DNA from: Narcine bancroftii
Lineage: Eukaryota
Direction of reading: 5' to 3'
NCBI RefSeq assembly: GCF_036971445.1
Contig: NC_091476.1
Coordinates: forward strand, 131,378,001-131,442,000
DNA: 64,000 nt
The position numbers and the translations under genes are program-made. The notes below the pieces were generated by a model. The model saw only the letters and a list, made by a program, of their open reading frames with translations, searched no databases and was not told where the DNA came from. The first letter of the stretch is position 1, and the number at the start of each line of letters is the position of its first letter. Below, in pieces: positions 39,430-52,942 of this stretch.

Positions 39430-39974
39430 TTCTACAAAATGCACTGCTGCCACACCAACCGGCAGCACTGTTGATACCCACAACCTCTACTCCTCGACCA
39501 TATGTAGGTCATGGGCAGCAAGTGCATTAAATTATTATCCCCCACCCAGGTCATGCAGTACCCTTCCCAATAGCCCCCCCAGGCACCCAAAACAGAGGCT
39601 CCCCACCACCTTCTGAAAGGGAGATATGAGGTGATCTCCAAATACAACCCCAGTTAGATGTGACCAGCTTCAATAGGCTGGATTTCAGAAGCAGAGTTCA
39701 GGCAAGGGAACACGCTTCTATCTCCCATTCTCCAAAGTTAGTTCTGATCATGATGCCCCTCATTTCCCACATCTTTTCATGCCCTTTTCATTAACAACAC
39801 AAGATGAAGCGACAATGTCTCCTCAGTCAAACACTCCTGCTAATTCATCCAAATATTTGCTTAAAATACAAAGACCTTTGTTCATCTTTTCCAAACCTGC
39901 TCTGGATCATCCTGGATAACAGGATAATACTCCCATTCATCCTGGATAACAGGATAATTCTCCCATCCCTTCCA

Positions 39975-40378
39975 CGGGACAGGAACAGGCTACAGAGGAT
40001 TATAAACAGTGCCAGCAGTATCATGGGCATTTGTATTCACTCCATTAATGACATCTTAAGAAAGCAGCTTCTATCATCAAAGACCCTCACCACCCAGGCC
40101 ATGCCCTCTTCATACAGTAACCATCAGGAAGGAGGTACAGGGCCCTGAAGACAAACACCCAATAGTATAAAAACAGCTTCTTCCCCTCCGCCATCAAATT
40201 TATGAACAAACAATGAGCCATAAGCACTACCTCACTATTTTTCACACTAGTTATTAATATTTTTAATATCTTGTATTTACAGGATTTTAATTTTTAGTAA
40301 TTTTGGAAAAATGCTGCTACTACAAAACACAATAAATTTCATGACACCTGTTTTTATGACAATTAACCTGATCCTGAA
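39975..40378 (+). mobile_element. Rex/Babar-type LINE 3' fragment
   Basis: DRNRLQRIINSASSIMG; atcatcaaagaccctcaccacccaggccatgccctctt; tail atgacaattaacctgatcctga. Confidence 0.75.
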
Positions 40379-41231
40379 CGCTCCCACAGTGCCAGTGCCC
40401 ACCGCTCTGCTTCCCCACTCCCCCATCATCTGCTGCTCTGGGTCCCCCATCTTACCTTTCTTTCCATTTCAAATAACCCACAAGACCTGCACCCTCCATC
40501 TTCTTGTCCAGTCCAGTCCATGCCCTCCTCCTCAGACTCTCTGCAGGATGAAATATTGCCACAGTTCCTCTCCAGACCTTTCTCGAAACACCACCATACC
40601 CTCACTCTCAGAAACACAGCCTCAATTGCTCAACCTTTCGCTCAAAGCCCTTCAAACACTTAGATGTCCATCTCAGTGTCTGCGACTAAATACACTAAAA
40701 TGTGGCTTGGTGTCAGGACCACCTCCTTTCCCTCAACGTCAGCAAGAATAAGGAGATCATCATCGACTCGAGGAAGTGAGGAACTCATTCATCTGTTCAC
40801 AGCAATGGCGTTAAGGTGGAGATCTCATTGACAACTTTAAGTTCCAACGAGTAACATCTCCAACTACTGGTCCTGGTCCAATCATGTTGATTCAATGGCC
40901 AGGATGGCACACCAACGGATCCTCAGGAGCCCATGATGCAAGATCTCAATGGTTCACTGATGCTCTTCAGGGAAAGAAACCTCCTGCCCTTCTGTTTGGA
41001 CTCTCTGAGATTCTGGAACCAATACTGTGTTCACTCCAAACTGCACTCTGAAATGACCAGCAAAGCATCAGTTCAACATTGGATCTGTCAGTAATGTTCA
41101 TACTTGGTGAGTAGAGGAACACTGTGTTTGGTTGCGAGGAGCACACCACTTGCTAATATGATCACCTAACTTGCCAGATGGAAAAGAACTGCTGGAAACA
41201 GCAACCCACTCTTGAGGAAGAGACACAAGTC

Positions 41232-42010
41232 AAATTTATTATCATCTGATTGTACAACTCCAACCCAATGAAACAGCGTTCTCCGGTTGCACACGCAACT
41301 AGACATAACCCACATATTTACAACTATGCACATGCACATGCATACAAATAAATAAATAAAATAAATTTTGTTTTGTGAATATGAGCGTCTCAGATGGTTA
41401 GTGTGAGCAGTTCCTTTGATCGTTCACCATTTTCACTGCCCGTGGAAGAAGCTGTTTCTCAGCCTGGTGGCGCTGGCTCTAATACTCCTGTATCTCTTTC
41501 CCGACAGGAGCAGCTGAAAGAGATGGAGTGTGTGAGGTGTAAGGGGTCCTCAATGATTTTGCACACCCTCTTCTAACAACAATCCCTGTATATCACATCG
41601 ATATGGGGGTGGGGGGAGGGAGGAGGGAGATCGCAGTGACCCCCCCCCCCCCACCCCCCCACCACTCTAATGGACCTATGGATCAACCTCTGATCCATTT
41701 CTCTGTAGCCACCATACCACAGCTGTCCAGGATGTTCTTGTTCGAGCTACTGCAAAAGGTTGACGTGTTGGTGGCTGGTAGCCTTACCCGCTTCAGTCTT
41801 CTCAGGAAGTGCAGTCACTGTTGCGCCTTCCTGACAAGTGAGGAGATGTTCTATATCCACAATAGTTCAGGAGTTAAGTGATCTCTAAGGAACTTGGTGC
41901 TCTCTACACTTTCCACTAAAGAGCTACTGATGTATAATGAAGGGAGGTTGTTTCTGGTCCTCGTGAAGTCCATGATCATCTCCTTTGCCGTATTCACGTT
42001 GAGAGTCAGG
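41232..42010 (-). mobile_element. Rex/Babar-type LINE 3' fragment
   Basis: The minus strand encodes ..NLTLNVNTAKEMIMDFTR..KFLRDHL..KAQQ*LHFLRRLKR..TFCSSSNKNILDSCGMV. Confidence 0.75.
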
Positions 42011-42314
42011 TTTCTCCATTCTGAAACTCAGTCGTCCTCCCTTGAAAGTTGAACATTGCTTTTAAATCCCATTCAACCTGACACACAAGGTGAATTCATG
42101 ATTGGTTCTCATTCAGTGGTAGACTATGTTCCGGTTTGGGCTGTGTGAGCACCATCTTCACCTTAAAGCCCAATGCACATTGCTGTAAACTAACTCAACA
42201 GACAGGTTTTCATTCCTACAATGTCTTCCACATCTATCAGTAAAGCACTCTTCAGCCAAAGTATCTTCTGAAATAGAGTCACACAGTAGAGATGCATTCC
42301 AGTGATTATCACAA

Positions 42315-42600
42315 ATCCAAACACCAGAGGACATCTGTACAAGGTGAGGGGATGAAATTTTAGGGGAGACATCAGGTTAATTTCTTTTTTTAAATGAGAT
42401 CAGTGGGTGCCTTGGGTAGTGTTGGAGGTAGGTACAATAGGGACATTTTAAAAATTCAGACAGGGATATGGATGCAAAAAAAAACAAGAGGGTTATGGGT
42501 GTGAAGTAGGGAAGGATTAATTTGTTGAGTAGGTTTATATAGGTTGACAGAACATCATGGGCTGAAAGGCCTGCATTGTGCTGTAAAGTTCTATGTTTTA
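42315..42600 (+). mobile_element. CR1 LINE 3' end
   Basis: Highly similar to 8750-9035 (aaacaccagaggacatctgtacaaggtgagggg..gggctgaaaggcctgcattgtgctgta). Confidence 0.8.
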
Positions 42601-43061
42601 AATGTAGGGTAGGTGGCAATCAAATTGTCCATAGTCAGCTCCTATCAACACAATGTTTTGATTATCGGAGATCAATTCCTCAAAGCCAGGAAGAAAGAAG
42701 CATTCTTTTACACCCACCTGATCTATCTGAGAAGAATCTGCTGAATATCTGGTTGAGAGACAGTGCCCTGAATCTGCGTTGGTACATTTATCAGCTGGAC
42801 CTACTGCTGCCTTGTTCTACCCAGAAAATGTACAGCTGACAGTCAGCCCATGACAGCTGGGTTTAGCAGCACACACAGGAATTGGGTAAATGACAGAATG
42901 AGCACCTTACCTCACAACCTACCCGCCCCATTAGCCACCCTCCTCTTTCTGAGGGAGCCAGTAATTCTCACAATCAACACATCAAGCACCTGAGAACCTG
43001 CTGAGGAAACCACCCTCGAGGAGATGCAACCCCAGTGCTGTGGAGCAGAGGCTTCAGGTCG

Positions 43062-43340
43062 CATAGAATACTACAGCACCGAAGCAGGCCCTTTGTCCCT
43101 ACTAGCCTGTACTATTATTCTGCCTTGTCCCTCTGACCTGCACCCAGTTCATAACCCTCCCATCCACGTACCTGTTCAAATTTTTCTTAAATGTCAAAAT
43201 TGAGCCTGCAGTTAGCAATTCAGCTGCTTCTTGTTCTATACTCCTACTACTCTCCGTGTGAAGTACCACCTAATATTAGTTATAAACATTTCCCCCTTCA
43301 CGCTTAATTCATGTCTCCCCTAACCTCAGTGGAAAAAGCA
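43062..43340 (-). mobile_element. CR1 LINE 3' end
   Basis: catagaatactacagcaccgaagcaggccctt is the reverse complement of the CR1 3' tail seen at 9000-9036. Confidence 0.7.
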
Positions 43341-45077
43341 TTTTCGCTAGTTTCCTGGACCTATGCAACCCTAGCACTGCAGGTGTGTGCTGACTGACCC
43401 CACTGAGCGGACAGGAATAGCTGGTGGTCTGGAGTCAGCTCACTCATCCTGTCTACAATCTGCCACATACATGCCAAAAGTTAGTCAACGTGAAATGAAC
43501 TATGATGGATGCTTGATTAAAGCAATTTATTAGCCCAATTTACAGAGGGAATGAATTTGCTGATTAATGTCTGAGCCACTTTGTGGTGTTTACTTCTGCA
43601 GTGCCAAGGTGACCTCGCATAGTTGTGAAGCAGGATACCCTGAGCTGTCCGAGTTCTGTTCCCATGCAACCAGAACCCCACAGCGACCACACCCCCAGTT
43701 GCTCTGTTAGCATCTGTCATCCATCATTCAGGGACATCATTCATGCCCGACAGCTGAGAATGGTCAAATCCTAGTCACACTTTGTGATGGGACATACTGG
43801 CCATAAACAGCTAAATGTCTTTTACAGTCAATGATGAACAGACGCTGCTTCACCCCCATATCTGACCCAGTCCTTCAGCTACAGGTTCTGCATGGATCCA
43901 TTCCCATCAGCACTTCCCAATGGCCACCAGGAAGCAGGTTCCAGTTCTGTTCACTGGAGATCATGATCTCACAGTGACTGGACCATGTGCCAGTCCCTGG
44001 CCCACTGAAGGGGGTCTTAAGAACATCAGATGTCCTCTTCTCTCCACCAATCTACTCGGCATCTCCAATGCTGGATACTGTGGATACTGCCGATTACACT
44101 CACCTGCCAACTCCAGAGCTCTCCAGAAAATGGATGAAAGTGCAAAAATTTGAGGAATTGGTGACAAGCAGTAAGTCAGGAGTTCTATGGATGAACAATG
44201 TACAGTCCATTATATCGTTAACAGAGTCAATTTCAGCAGAAAGCCTAGAGCAGGGAAAAACTATGGTGAATGTGTCTAGTTAAAGGAGGAGAGGTTTGTC
44301 AGTGAAGGGTGGGGAGTGGAGGACACTTGTAAAATAGGGCAGTACAGACTGCAGACTTGACTGAGTGTGGAGTTGCAGACATTGCCTCTTCATCCAAGTA
44401 CAGCATCCTTGTCATGAGCTGCAGTCACAAGATTCAGCCTCAGTGTCAAGGTGAAGTCGTTCATACGCTACAATCCCCTTTCAGTGATGTGAACAGCTAA
44501 AGTGGCTCTGCATTGGCTCCGACTCTTAAAATGTGAGACGTGAGAAAATAAATTAGAGGAAACACATGAAAGCTGGCCGCTACCTGTGCTCATATCTGGA
44601 TCTATCAGGACCAGAGAGATAGATGACTTTGTGGAGGGACTGGCACAGTGGAGCTGATCAAAGGCCAATCTCTCCCCTGCCATCTCACACACAGTGTGCC
44701 TCACGCTCACATGAAGTACAAATGAGCTAAATGGTCCAATGATTTATCATGGTATGCTTAGCAGTGATGTCAATTGACCACTAAAGTTTGGATAGGACAC
44801 TGATTATGTCTCCAATAACGTGGCATGGCCACGGGATCTTGCAGCTCCCCATGGCTTTGCCGAATCAGCCTTCTCTTCTGAGGGATGGCACAGTGGTCAG
44901 TCCAGCAGCAGTGTCCATCCACACTGTGTGCCGCAGAGCTTAATCTCAGTGCTGCTGTTGACCATTCACCCTGGAACCATGGTGCTTGATCTCTGAAATC
45001 ACAGCAGTTTGTAACATGACCTCTATTGTCACATGAAGCTGGTACTAATCAAGAACATATGTCCCTCAAATTCTCAG

Positions 45078-45510
45078 ACAGATCAGAATCGATTGTGTGG
45101 ACACGTCATGGAATTCGTTGTTTTGCGATAGCATTACAGTTCAAATATAACAATAAATTTCATTTTAAAAATAAATTAGTGCAAAGAAGAGAAAGTGAGA
45201 TTGTATTTGTGGTTCACTATCCATTCAGAAATCTGATGGTAGAGGGGAAAAGCTGTCATTGTGCTGCTGAGTGTTCGACTTCATGCTCCCATACCTCCTT
45301 CCTGATTGTAGCAGAGTGAAGAGGGTATGCCCTGGGTAGTGAGGGTTCTTGAGGGTACAGTCTGCTTTCTTAAGACACCACGTCTTATAGATGTCCTCAA
45401 TGGAGTGAAGACTGATGCCCATGATGGTGCTGGCTACGTTCACAACTCTCTGTAGTCTTTTCCAGTCCTGTGCACTGGCACTTTCATACAGGACAGTGAT
45501 GCAACCAGTC
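45078..45510 (-). mobile_element. Rex/Babar-type LINE 3' fragment with a (TCTGAT)n tail
   Basis: ORF 45225-45443 reads NVASTIMGISLHSIEDIYKTWCLKKA..LKNPHYPGHTLFTLLQSGRRY. The tail is also present at 38200-38355. Confidence 0.8.
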
Positions 45511-47149
45511 GGACATATCCAGGATATTAAATAGCACGGGAAGTCCGGTTAAAATTAGTTTCAAACCATGGCCTATCACATAATAGACTGAATTTCTATC
45601 TGCAGTAGAAATTGCAGCTCTTGTTACCCCACGATTTGCCAGGATGAAACCTGACTTCCTTCTGTTCGATGCCAGCAGAACCAGCTTCCATCACGTCCTC
45701 GACATCTGATAGAGTTCCAAAAAAACACGATACAGGCTCCAAGAAATAATCTGCAGTGCATTACTGAGGAACCCTGCCCCAGTACACATTCCTCTGGGAT
45801 CATTCTATGTTAATTCACGATAGAGCCCGGAAACTATTTCATTAAAACACTAAGCCTGATCTGCCACGTTGATGTGAAGAGAATTCATAGAGAAACCTTT
45901 AGAAGCAGAAGTGAAAGCAGAGGTTTAGAAGACTAAATTGCTACTTCAAACCAGAAAGCGAGACTCCACCTGGGAATGAATGCCACAGCAGGTATCAGGC
46001 ATGTCCAATCTTAGGCATCACTTCAAAATTACCATCAAATGAAGCTTATTGAGACAAAAGGGATTGACACATAAACAGATACTAGTGAGAGCTGAGGGGA
46101 CACTACAGTAAACCGATAAATAGACCCAACAGAGCTCCGAAGGCATTTGCTCAGGTGTCTGTGTCGACTATGGTTCTTTGTTAGAAGTAAAGGATCGGGG
46201 CTCAAGCACAACTCCACATGCATGTTCCAAGGGGCAGTGCTGAGGGAACACTGCACTGATGAAGGGAGGGGCAGCACTGAGACAATGGTTCAAGCCACTG
46301 CTTAGTGGCAGGGTCACTGGGTGAGGGGCAGTGCTGAGGGAACATCACCGAGTGAAGGACAGGGTCACCCACAGGAGGGGCTCTGCTGAGGGAGCATCAA
46401 AGAGTCAAGGACAGTGTCACTGTGCGAGGGGCAGGAAGTCATGCTGCACGAAAGGTAAAATTTCTGACAAGACATTTGAATCAAAACACTGCTCTAAATC
46501 TATTCCACGTTATTGAGACATTTGATACATTAAGGTGGTTGGCTAGTTCTGTCCCTGGGCAAACTCAGACTGCTGAGGTGTGGAGCAACATGCAATGGAG
46601 TTCTGACAGTAAACAGAATTCAGCAACAACAGGGAGATGAGCTGAACCTGAATATGGAGGTAGATGGGCTGAATGGTCTATGTGCAGCCACTCCATGATC
46701 TGGAAGTTTTCACCACAATAGTGAGGAGATGAGCTTTATGAGCAGATCATCTACTCTGTGGATCTTACACCTTGCCTATCATAGCATGCATGTACATTGG
46801 GCAACAGGCTCACACAAAGTGATTTGTTTTTAAATAATATATTTCTCACATGAGTTAGTAAGCCAAAATCTTCTTTTGGCTCTATTACCCCAATGTTAAT
46901 TCAAATTTCAGGATGATTTAAAATCATTTGTTGAATGCACACACATTGAGTGGATATGGGGTTGTGTGAACATACTGTTAGTTTCTGCCCACGACAAGGA
47001 AATAGTTTATTTGCACTTTAATAATACTATTAAATAATTCAAAAATACTTTAAAACTTAACTTTATTATTTGTTAAGTGATAATGATCACAGGCATTTCA
47101 TTATCGATCGATGGTAGGTTGCACTCACCTATCCTTTGCACTCAGAAAA

Positions 47150-47346
47150 TTGGGGCACAGGACCACTGATGCAACCAATGGGGAAACAAGAGGACTGATG
47201 CAACCAATGGGGACACAGGACCACTGATGCACCTAATGGGACCCAGACACCAATGGGGGGGGGGGGAACAGAATACTGATGCAACCAATGGGGATGTGAG
47301 ACCACAGAAACAACCAATGGGGCACAGGGCCACTGATACAACCAAC
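47150..47346. repeat. Minisatellite, ~28-29 bp unit (GGGGCACAGGACCACTGATGCAACCAAT)
   Basis: About 7 degenerate tandem copies visible. Confidence 0.9.
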
Positions 47347-47704
47347 AGTTACCTTTGACAAAGGCAATATTGGTCACTGTCCTCATGCATGGTTTGCATA
47401 GAAGTTAGGGTAAGAGTAAGGGGTCCTATACAAGGGTATATATTTTACTTGAGTGCGATCAGCTCTCCACTCTCCCGGAGTGAGCTAATCAGCCAAACTT
47501 GGTGAGGGAAGGTGGCTTTTGGCAAGGATATCACCATGAGATCGTCTGATCTAGTGTACTGGGAACTGTACCGTACAACTCCCCACAAACTAAGGCAGAG
47601 GGAGCAGCAACCGAGAATGGGGTGGGTTTTAGAAATCATCAAGCTCTGCAGTGATTGGTGCTGGAGCAACCAGATGTGACAGCAACCACCTCCTCTTCAG
47701 AGAA

Positions 47705-47962
47705 GTTTTAGATTTATTTTCTGAGTACATACATGACATCACCTACAACCCTGAGATTCTTTTTCCTATGGGTGAAGCAGAATTACTACATATTGGTCAT
47801 ACAAAAATAAACTGTACACAATGTAAACAAATAGAAATTTAAACAGATAATGAATGCAAACAAACTGACTCTGCAATAGAGAGAATTTAAAAAATCAATA
47901 AAGTGCACAAGTCAGTGTCCTTAAATGAGTCCCTGATTGAGTTTGTTGTTGTGTCTGATGGT
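47705..47962 (-). mobile_element. Rex/Babar LINE 3' UTR/tail
   Basis: Closely similar to 16760-17000 (gagtacatacatgacatc..caaccctgagatt..gtccttaaatgagt). Confidence 0.85.
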
Positions 47963-49576
47963 GGCAAAGGAGAATACTGAGGAAATGAAGGGCTTCGAAA
48001 CCAGGCAAGGCATTCAGTTATCTAGCCCCTTTCACATTGGCAAACTGCTGAATTGGCGGTTTTGTGGAGGAAGTCATGGGGGTTCTCCATCCCTGTGGGG
48101 AGTGGGGCGGGGTGGGGGGTCACATGAGTTCCCCATCCCCGCAGATGTCACAGGCATTTCCCATCAGTACAGGGGGTCACAGAGGTTTCCCCATCACTGC
48201 GGGGGATTCATGCGGATTCCCCGTCCTTGCAGGGGGTTCATGGGGGATGCGCAGAAACATACCAGGAAGTTTCCGGTCAAGGGTGGCTGACAGACGTTGT
48301 TGAAACCACAGTCACAGGAGGCAAAATCATAGATGGCAGTGCACTGGCATCTAGCTGGGTTGGAGGAGATGCTAAAGAGATGACGATGGTTCCAGGGCTT
48401 AGGGGGGGGGGGGGGAGGTGGAGGGAGGAAGAAGAGGCAGGGTGTGTATGTGTGAGTACACGTGTGCGTGAGTGAGTGAGTGTCCTCTTTTTTGGAAATG
48501 GTCACCCTAGGTGGGGGTAAAAAAAAAAATTAAGGGCACACATATGCCCCCACATAGAACCCCCACCCCACAGCAGGAGGATAATAGAGCAGATAAAAAT
48601 CATTGAAGAAAATAACAAACAATAAAGATAACTGATTCTCAAATTTAGTTAGGTGCATTCTTGCAACAAAGTAAAACAGAGCTTTTGAAGTATACTTTAA
48701 TTCAGTTATTTAATTAAATTGTGCAGGTATTTTCCCACACTCCTTTATTCTTCTGTGTTTTATTCTTACTACGATTTTCCCCCTGTTCTTTTATTTCCCC
48801 TACAATTTTCAGATACTGGAAGCTTATATTGGTTGGCACATCATCATAATGGGCTGAAAGGGTCGAATTAAGCAAGATTAATTTTGTTTAAATATAAGAT
48901 TACAGCTTTAGTAAATTGAATACAAAGTTGATACCTTTTTAAATCAGTTTTGTTATTTGGAAGAATATCTTTTGTTTCATTCACATTCCTGCATGCACAT
49001 AAGAACGTCATCAGGTCGCCCATTCACATTGGAGCCAATTTGAAATGAATCGGCTTTGATACTACCTCCCTAGAAGGGCTGAAAGGCCTGTGCTCTAAAA
49101 CTATGATCTTGGTTCCCAATGTTTTATCCAGACTATGACCCCTGTATCTAGACACATGTCCCTTGTCTCCAGACCCACTTGGAGGGGGGAGGGTGGGAGG
49201 GAAAACGTCAGAAATTTACACATTTCAATGAGTTCCCCATCCCAATTCCTCTGAACTACTATGAGTTCAGGCCTATTCAATCCCACTTCTCCTCAAACAA
49301 CAGCTGAGCGGTCCCAGGGATCAACTCAGTGAGGTTGCCAATCCATCTGGTGATACAACCTCCTTCCGCCTTGTCCATTTGCTGGCCAGTGCAAATAATG
49401 AACAGTAATGAGCAGCCCCGAAATCTGACCCTCTCCAACTTTGCTGCACCCATCAGCTGCAGTTCGAGAACAGTTTAGGCGATTCCCTCTCAACTGGTAG
49501 AGGCAGAGTTCCAGATGCTTCATGTACATTCAAAGAGATTTAACAGCTATTGTTGGATATTACCAAATATGAACTG

Positions 49577-49800
49577 TGGGGTGGCATGGTTAGTCTAGCG
49601 TTCAGCACAATGCTGTTTGTAAGTAGTTTGTACATTCTCCCTATGTCTGCATGGGTTTCTTCCAGGTGCTCTGGTTTCCTCCCACCATTCAAAATGTATG
49701 AGGGAGAGGGTGGTTTTAAGTTAATTGTGTGTATTTGGATGCCATGGGCTCGTAGGCAGGAAGGCCTTGTTACCACGTTGTATGTCCAAATTTTAAAATG
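49577..49800 (+). mobile_element. V-SINE copy with an internal deletion
   Basis: gtttgtacattctccctatgtctgcatgggtttctccaggtgctctggtttcctcccaccattc. The B-box region is missing. Confidence 0.75.
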
Positions 49801-52552
49801 TAAAATTTGCATTGTTCAATCTTCTCTGGGATTTTGAAATCCTCCACCAGGAGCTCTGCCAAACTCAGAACAGTTGAAGCCATATTCATCACTGTATAAC
49901 AACGCACATTTTAACGGGAAAAAACTAAAAGATTATTACCCAAATGATGCTCGTGAGGACTGGAATTACAAGCACAGGCTGCAGAAATAAATTACTGAAG
50001 ACAACGTATGTCATCAGGGACGAGCAATTCTCCCTCCTCTGCTCAGCACCCCACTGCTCAAATAGGAGCAGCTGCCAAAAATATAAATTACCCTTGTTGT
50101 GCGAAAGTGTCGGGCCTCAAAGGTTTGGTCATCAGCGCAGAACATTTCAAACACAAATTGTAGACTATTAAAGCAATAATCTGGAAAGGTACCACTCGCT
50201 GAGAGAAGATGCTGTGCTGGAGAGCGAAGGATGCTGTGCAGCATCTGAGCCTTCCCCATTATCAGGTACTTCAGAGAATAGCGGGTGGTCCAAGGGCTGC
50301 CCAGACGTCTATCAAACCAGTCATCTGTTCAATCAACATGTCCTCGCTCCTGCTGCGGGCCAGAACGACCAGCTAATATTCCTCAATCAGCCTCTTGTAT
50401 CTTCCCAAGACAGAGAAGGCTATTTGGCCCAGGGGGGGTCTATGCTGGCTCTCATTTGCTCTCATACCCCACCACTTCCTTCCTTCTCCCCTCCCTCATC
50501 CATACTGCGGACAACTATCCCACCAATCCTTGGGATGTGGGAGGAAACTGAAGCATTCGGAGGAAACTCGCACAGTCATAGGGAGAATATGTAAACATGT
50601 TGGGGTCACTTTAAAAGAATAAAATAGGTATTAAAAAATCCATGTTTGTATTGGTAATACAAGCTCAGTGCTGGAAGGTACAATTATCCCAATGCTTCAG
50701 CTGTGATAGAACTGCTGATCTGAAGCAGATACTCCGATAGAACCGTGCACATTGCCACCAGCACACTCTCCTGCTCTCACACAACCCAACCTGACCACAA
50801 TATTCAGCTCCTCTGCACACTCTTGCATCTGCAATCTGGGCTGCTTAAATATTTTGTTTAAAATTATAAAATGTGTTTCAGGCCCAAGCACAATCAAGAC
50901 ATCACCGGCAATGTCTTTTTGTGAGAGTGCACGCAGTGTTGGTGGGGCCGGGGGGGGGGGGGGGGGCGGGAGTGTATGGGTGGGTTCTGTGGGGAGAGGG
51001 GTGTGTGTGATTATGATGTGTTGTGTAATGTATGTATGTGCACTCTGCTCTGAAAAAATGCAGTTTAATCAAGTTCAAATGGAACTTTTAAGAGACAAAA
51101 CCTACTGCAATTGCACTAAACATGAGAGAGTACAGATGCTGGATTCTGGAGCCACACACAATCTGCTGGAGGAACTCAGCTGGAGAGAGTAGTCAACATC
51201 AGTCCTGATGGAGGATTCTGGCCCGCAATGCTGACAATTATTTTTTCCTTCTAACATGATTCAGCCTACTGAGATTGTCTAGCTCATTCTGCCACTGCAA
51301 TAATCATTCAGAGAAATAGGCCCAACGGACAAAATTACATTCATCAAGACCAAAGTTGTTATTCATGTTTCATATGCCTTAGTTAAGAAATATTCAGGTT
51401 CACCATTCTCCCAACTACCACCCTTCAGCCAAAGGATCTGCGATTATTATTGCATTGATGTTCTCTATTCGAGATGTTCTGTCAGGGTGCACCAGGATTG
51501 ACTCATAGTATTCCCAGTGGAAGGGCAGAGAGTGGCTGCCTGCTGTGGATCAATTCCTGCTTGGAGCTGAACCAAAGCAGCTTTCAGGAACTGCTGCCGT
51601 GTTCAGAGAGATCATAATGAATGCCAAATGTTTTATCATTACCACTGCCACATCGGGGCAGATCAATGCCACCATAACACATTGAGGCCCATATATCAAG
51701 GCTAATACAACGTGGCAACAGTAACTCAGTCGGGGCTCCATCTCAGAGCAGGCCCACTGTAACAGTGCACACTTCAGTGCTCCAGATACAAAATGGTTTG
51801 GTTCAACTTTTTGAATTCTGCAGATTTAAAATTCTACAGTTGAACCCAGTAGAAGAACTGCTGAAATTTCATATAAAACAATAGGTGTTTAATGGCAAGT
51901 GCTGAAATAATTCTATCAGCACTTGAACTGCAATTCCACATGGCTGGAAGACTGAACCAGTTCAAAATGAACTATTTCTGAAGTTGGCATGCTCTGGACA
52001 GGGTTTATACCAATCCCAGATAACATCACTAATCCACACCACAGCCTTAGAAACTCCAACACCACAGCCTTAGAAACTCTTAATGCCAAAATATCAAAAG
52101 CATTCAAGTGTTTAAAACACATTAACACCTACAATTTAATTGCAGAATCTAAATGTGGGATTCTTCTTTACGTATCACTCACCTTCACATCACAGCTTAT
52201 GATGACGTATGCACTTGACCACTGTGAACACTGGCTATGAGTTGAACTGATCCAGAGCACCTGATGACATGATAAATTATTTAATTTTCTGATGTTTGAG
52301 GACAACATTAAGTCTTGATTGAATTTTTGACTTTGGTTTGGACACTCAGAAGTACAGGAATCCACAAGCAGTATCTGGAGGTCACTGAACATCAAACCCA
52401 AAAACTGACATTTATTCAGGGGTTTCCCCTTGAAGTCAACTCTGATCAACGGTTTCTCAGTCACCAGCAGACTGATGTCAGAGCAGTCCATACAAGTAGA
52501 GATGAATGGATACAAGGTAGAAAAAAGTACAACACTGAACAGAAGACATAAT

Positions 52553-52942
52553 AATCCCTTTCAAACTGCCAACCCTCCTAGGAAGTGGGAAAACTTACCG
52601 GGCCTGCTGCACTCAGGAGCCTTTCCCACTGAACCATGATTTACCTAGCTAATCGGCAACCTGGCATGGGGCGGGGGGGGGGGGGGGGGTGGAAGAAATG
52701 ATGGCAGAGGGGCCCCATCTCCAGTGGTGACAACGCCAGAGCAGGTTGTGCTTTCACGCCGCCAGACGGCGATTTGTGAGTTAACTCGGCTGGGCTCCGA
52801 CACTTGCCCCCACCAAGTGTCAGAGCCCAGTTGAATTTAACTCCCGCTGCCAGGTTGGGACGTTTCACACCCATAATTACCAGGAATGGACCCACTAAAT
52901 TAGCAGGTTAACCCACATGGAATCAGCATTGTGAAAGGGGCT
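52553..52942. mobile_element. Putative PIF/Harbinger-like MITE
   Basis: Imperfect TIRs aatccctttcaaactgc / gcattgtgaaaggggct (13/17 match) in a TAA-rich context. A similar end, agcccctttcacattg, lies near 48024. Confidence 0.5.

Larger units (their letters stand above)
38620..39620 (+). mobile_element. L2-type LINE 3' fragment split by a hAT MITE
   Basis: YEAQVRSVME motif at 38621. The sequence gtgcacattctaca|aaatgcactgc continues across the MITE. Homologous to 6912-7670. Confidence 0.65.

Noticed and set aside
43825-44170. Possible plus-strand exon ending at a GTAAGT donor (44171)
   Set aside because: No clear acceptor with a single open frame and no recognisable peptide.
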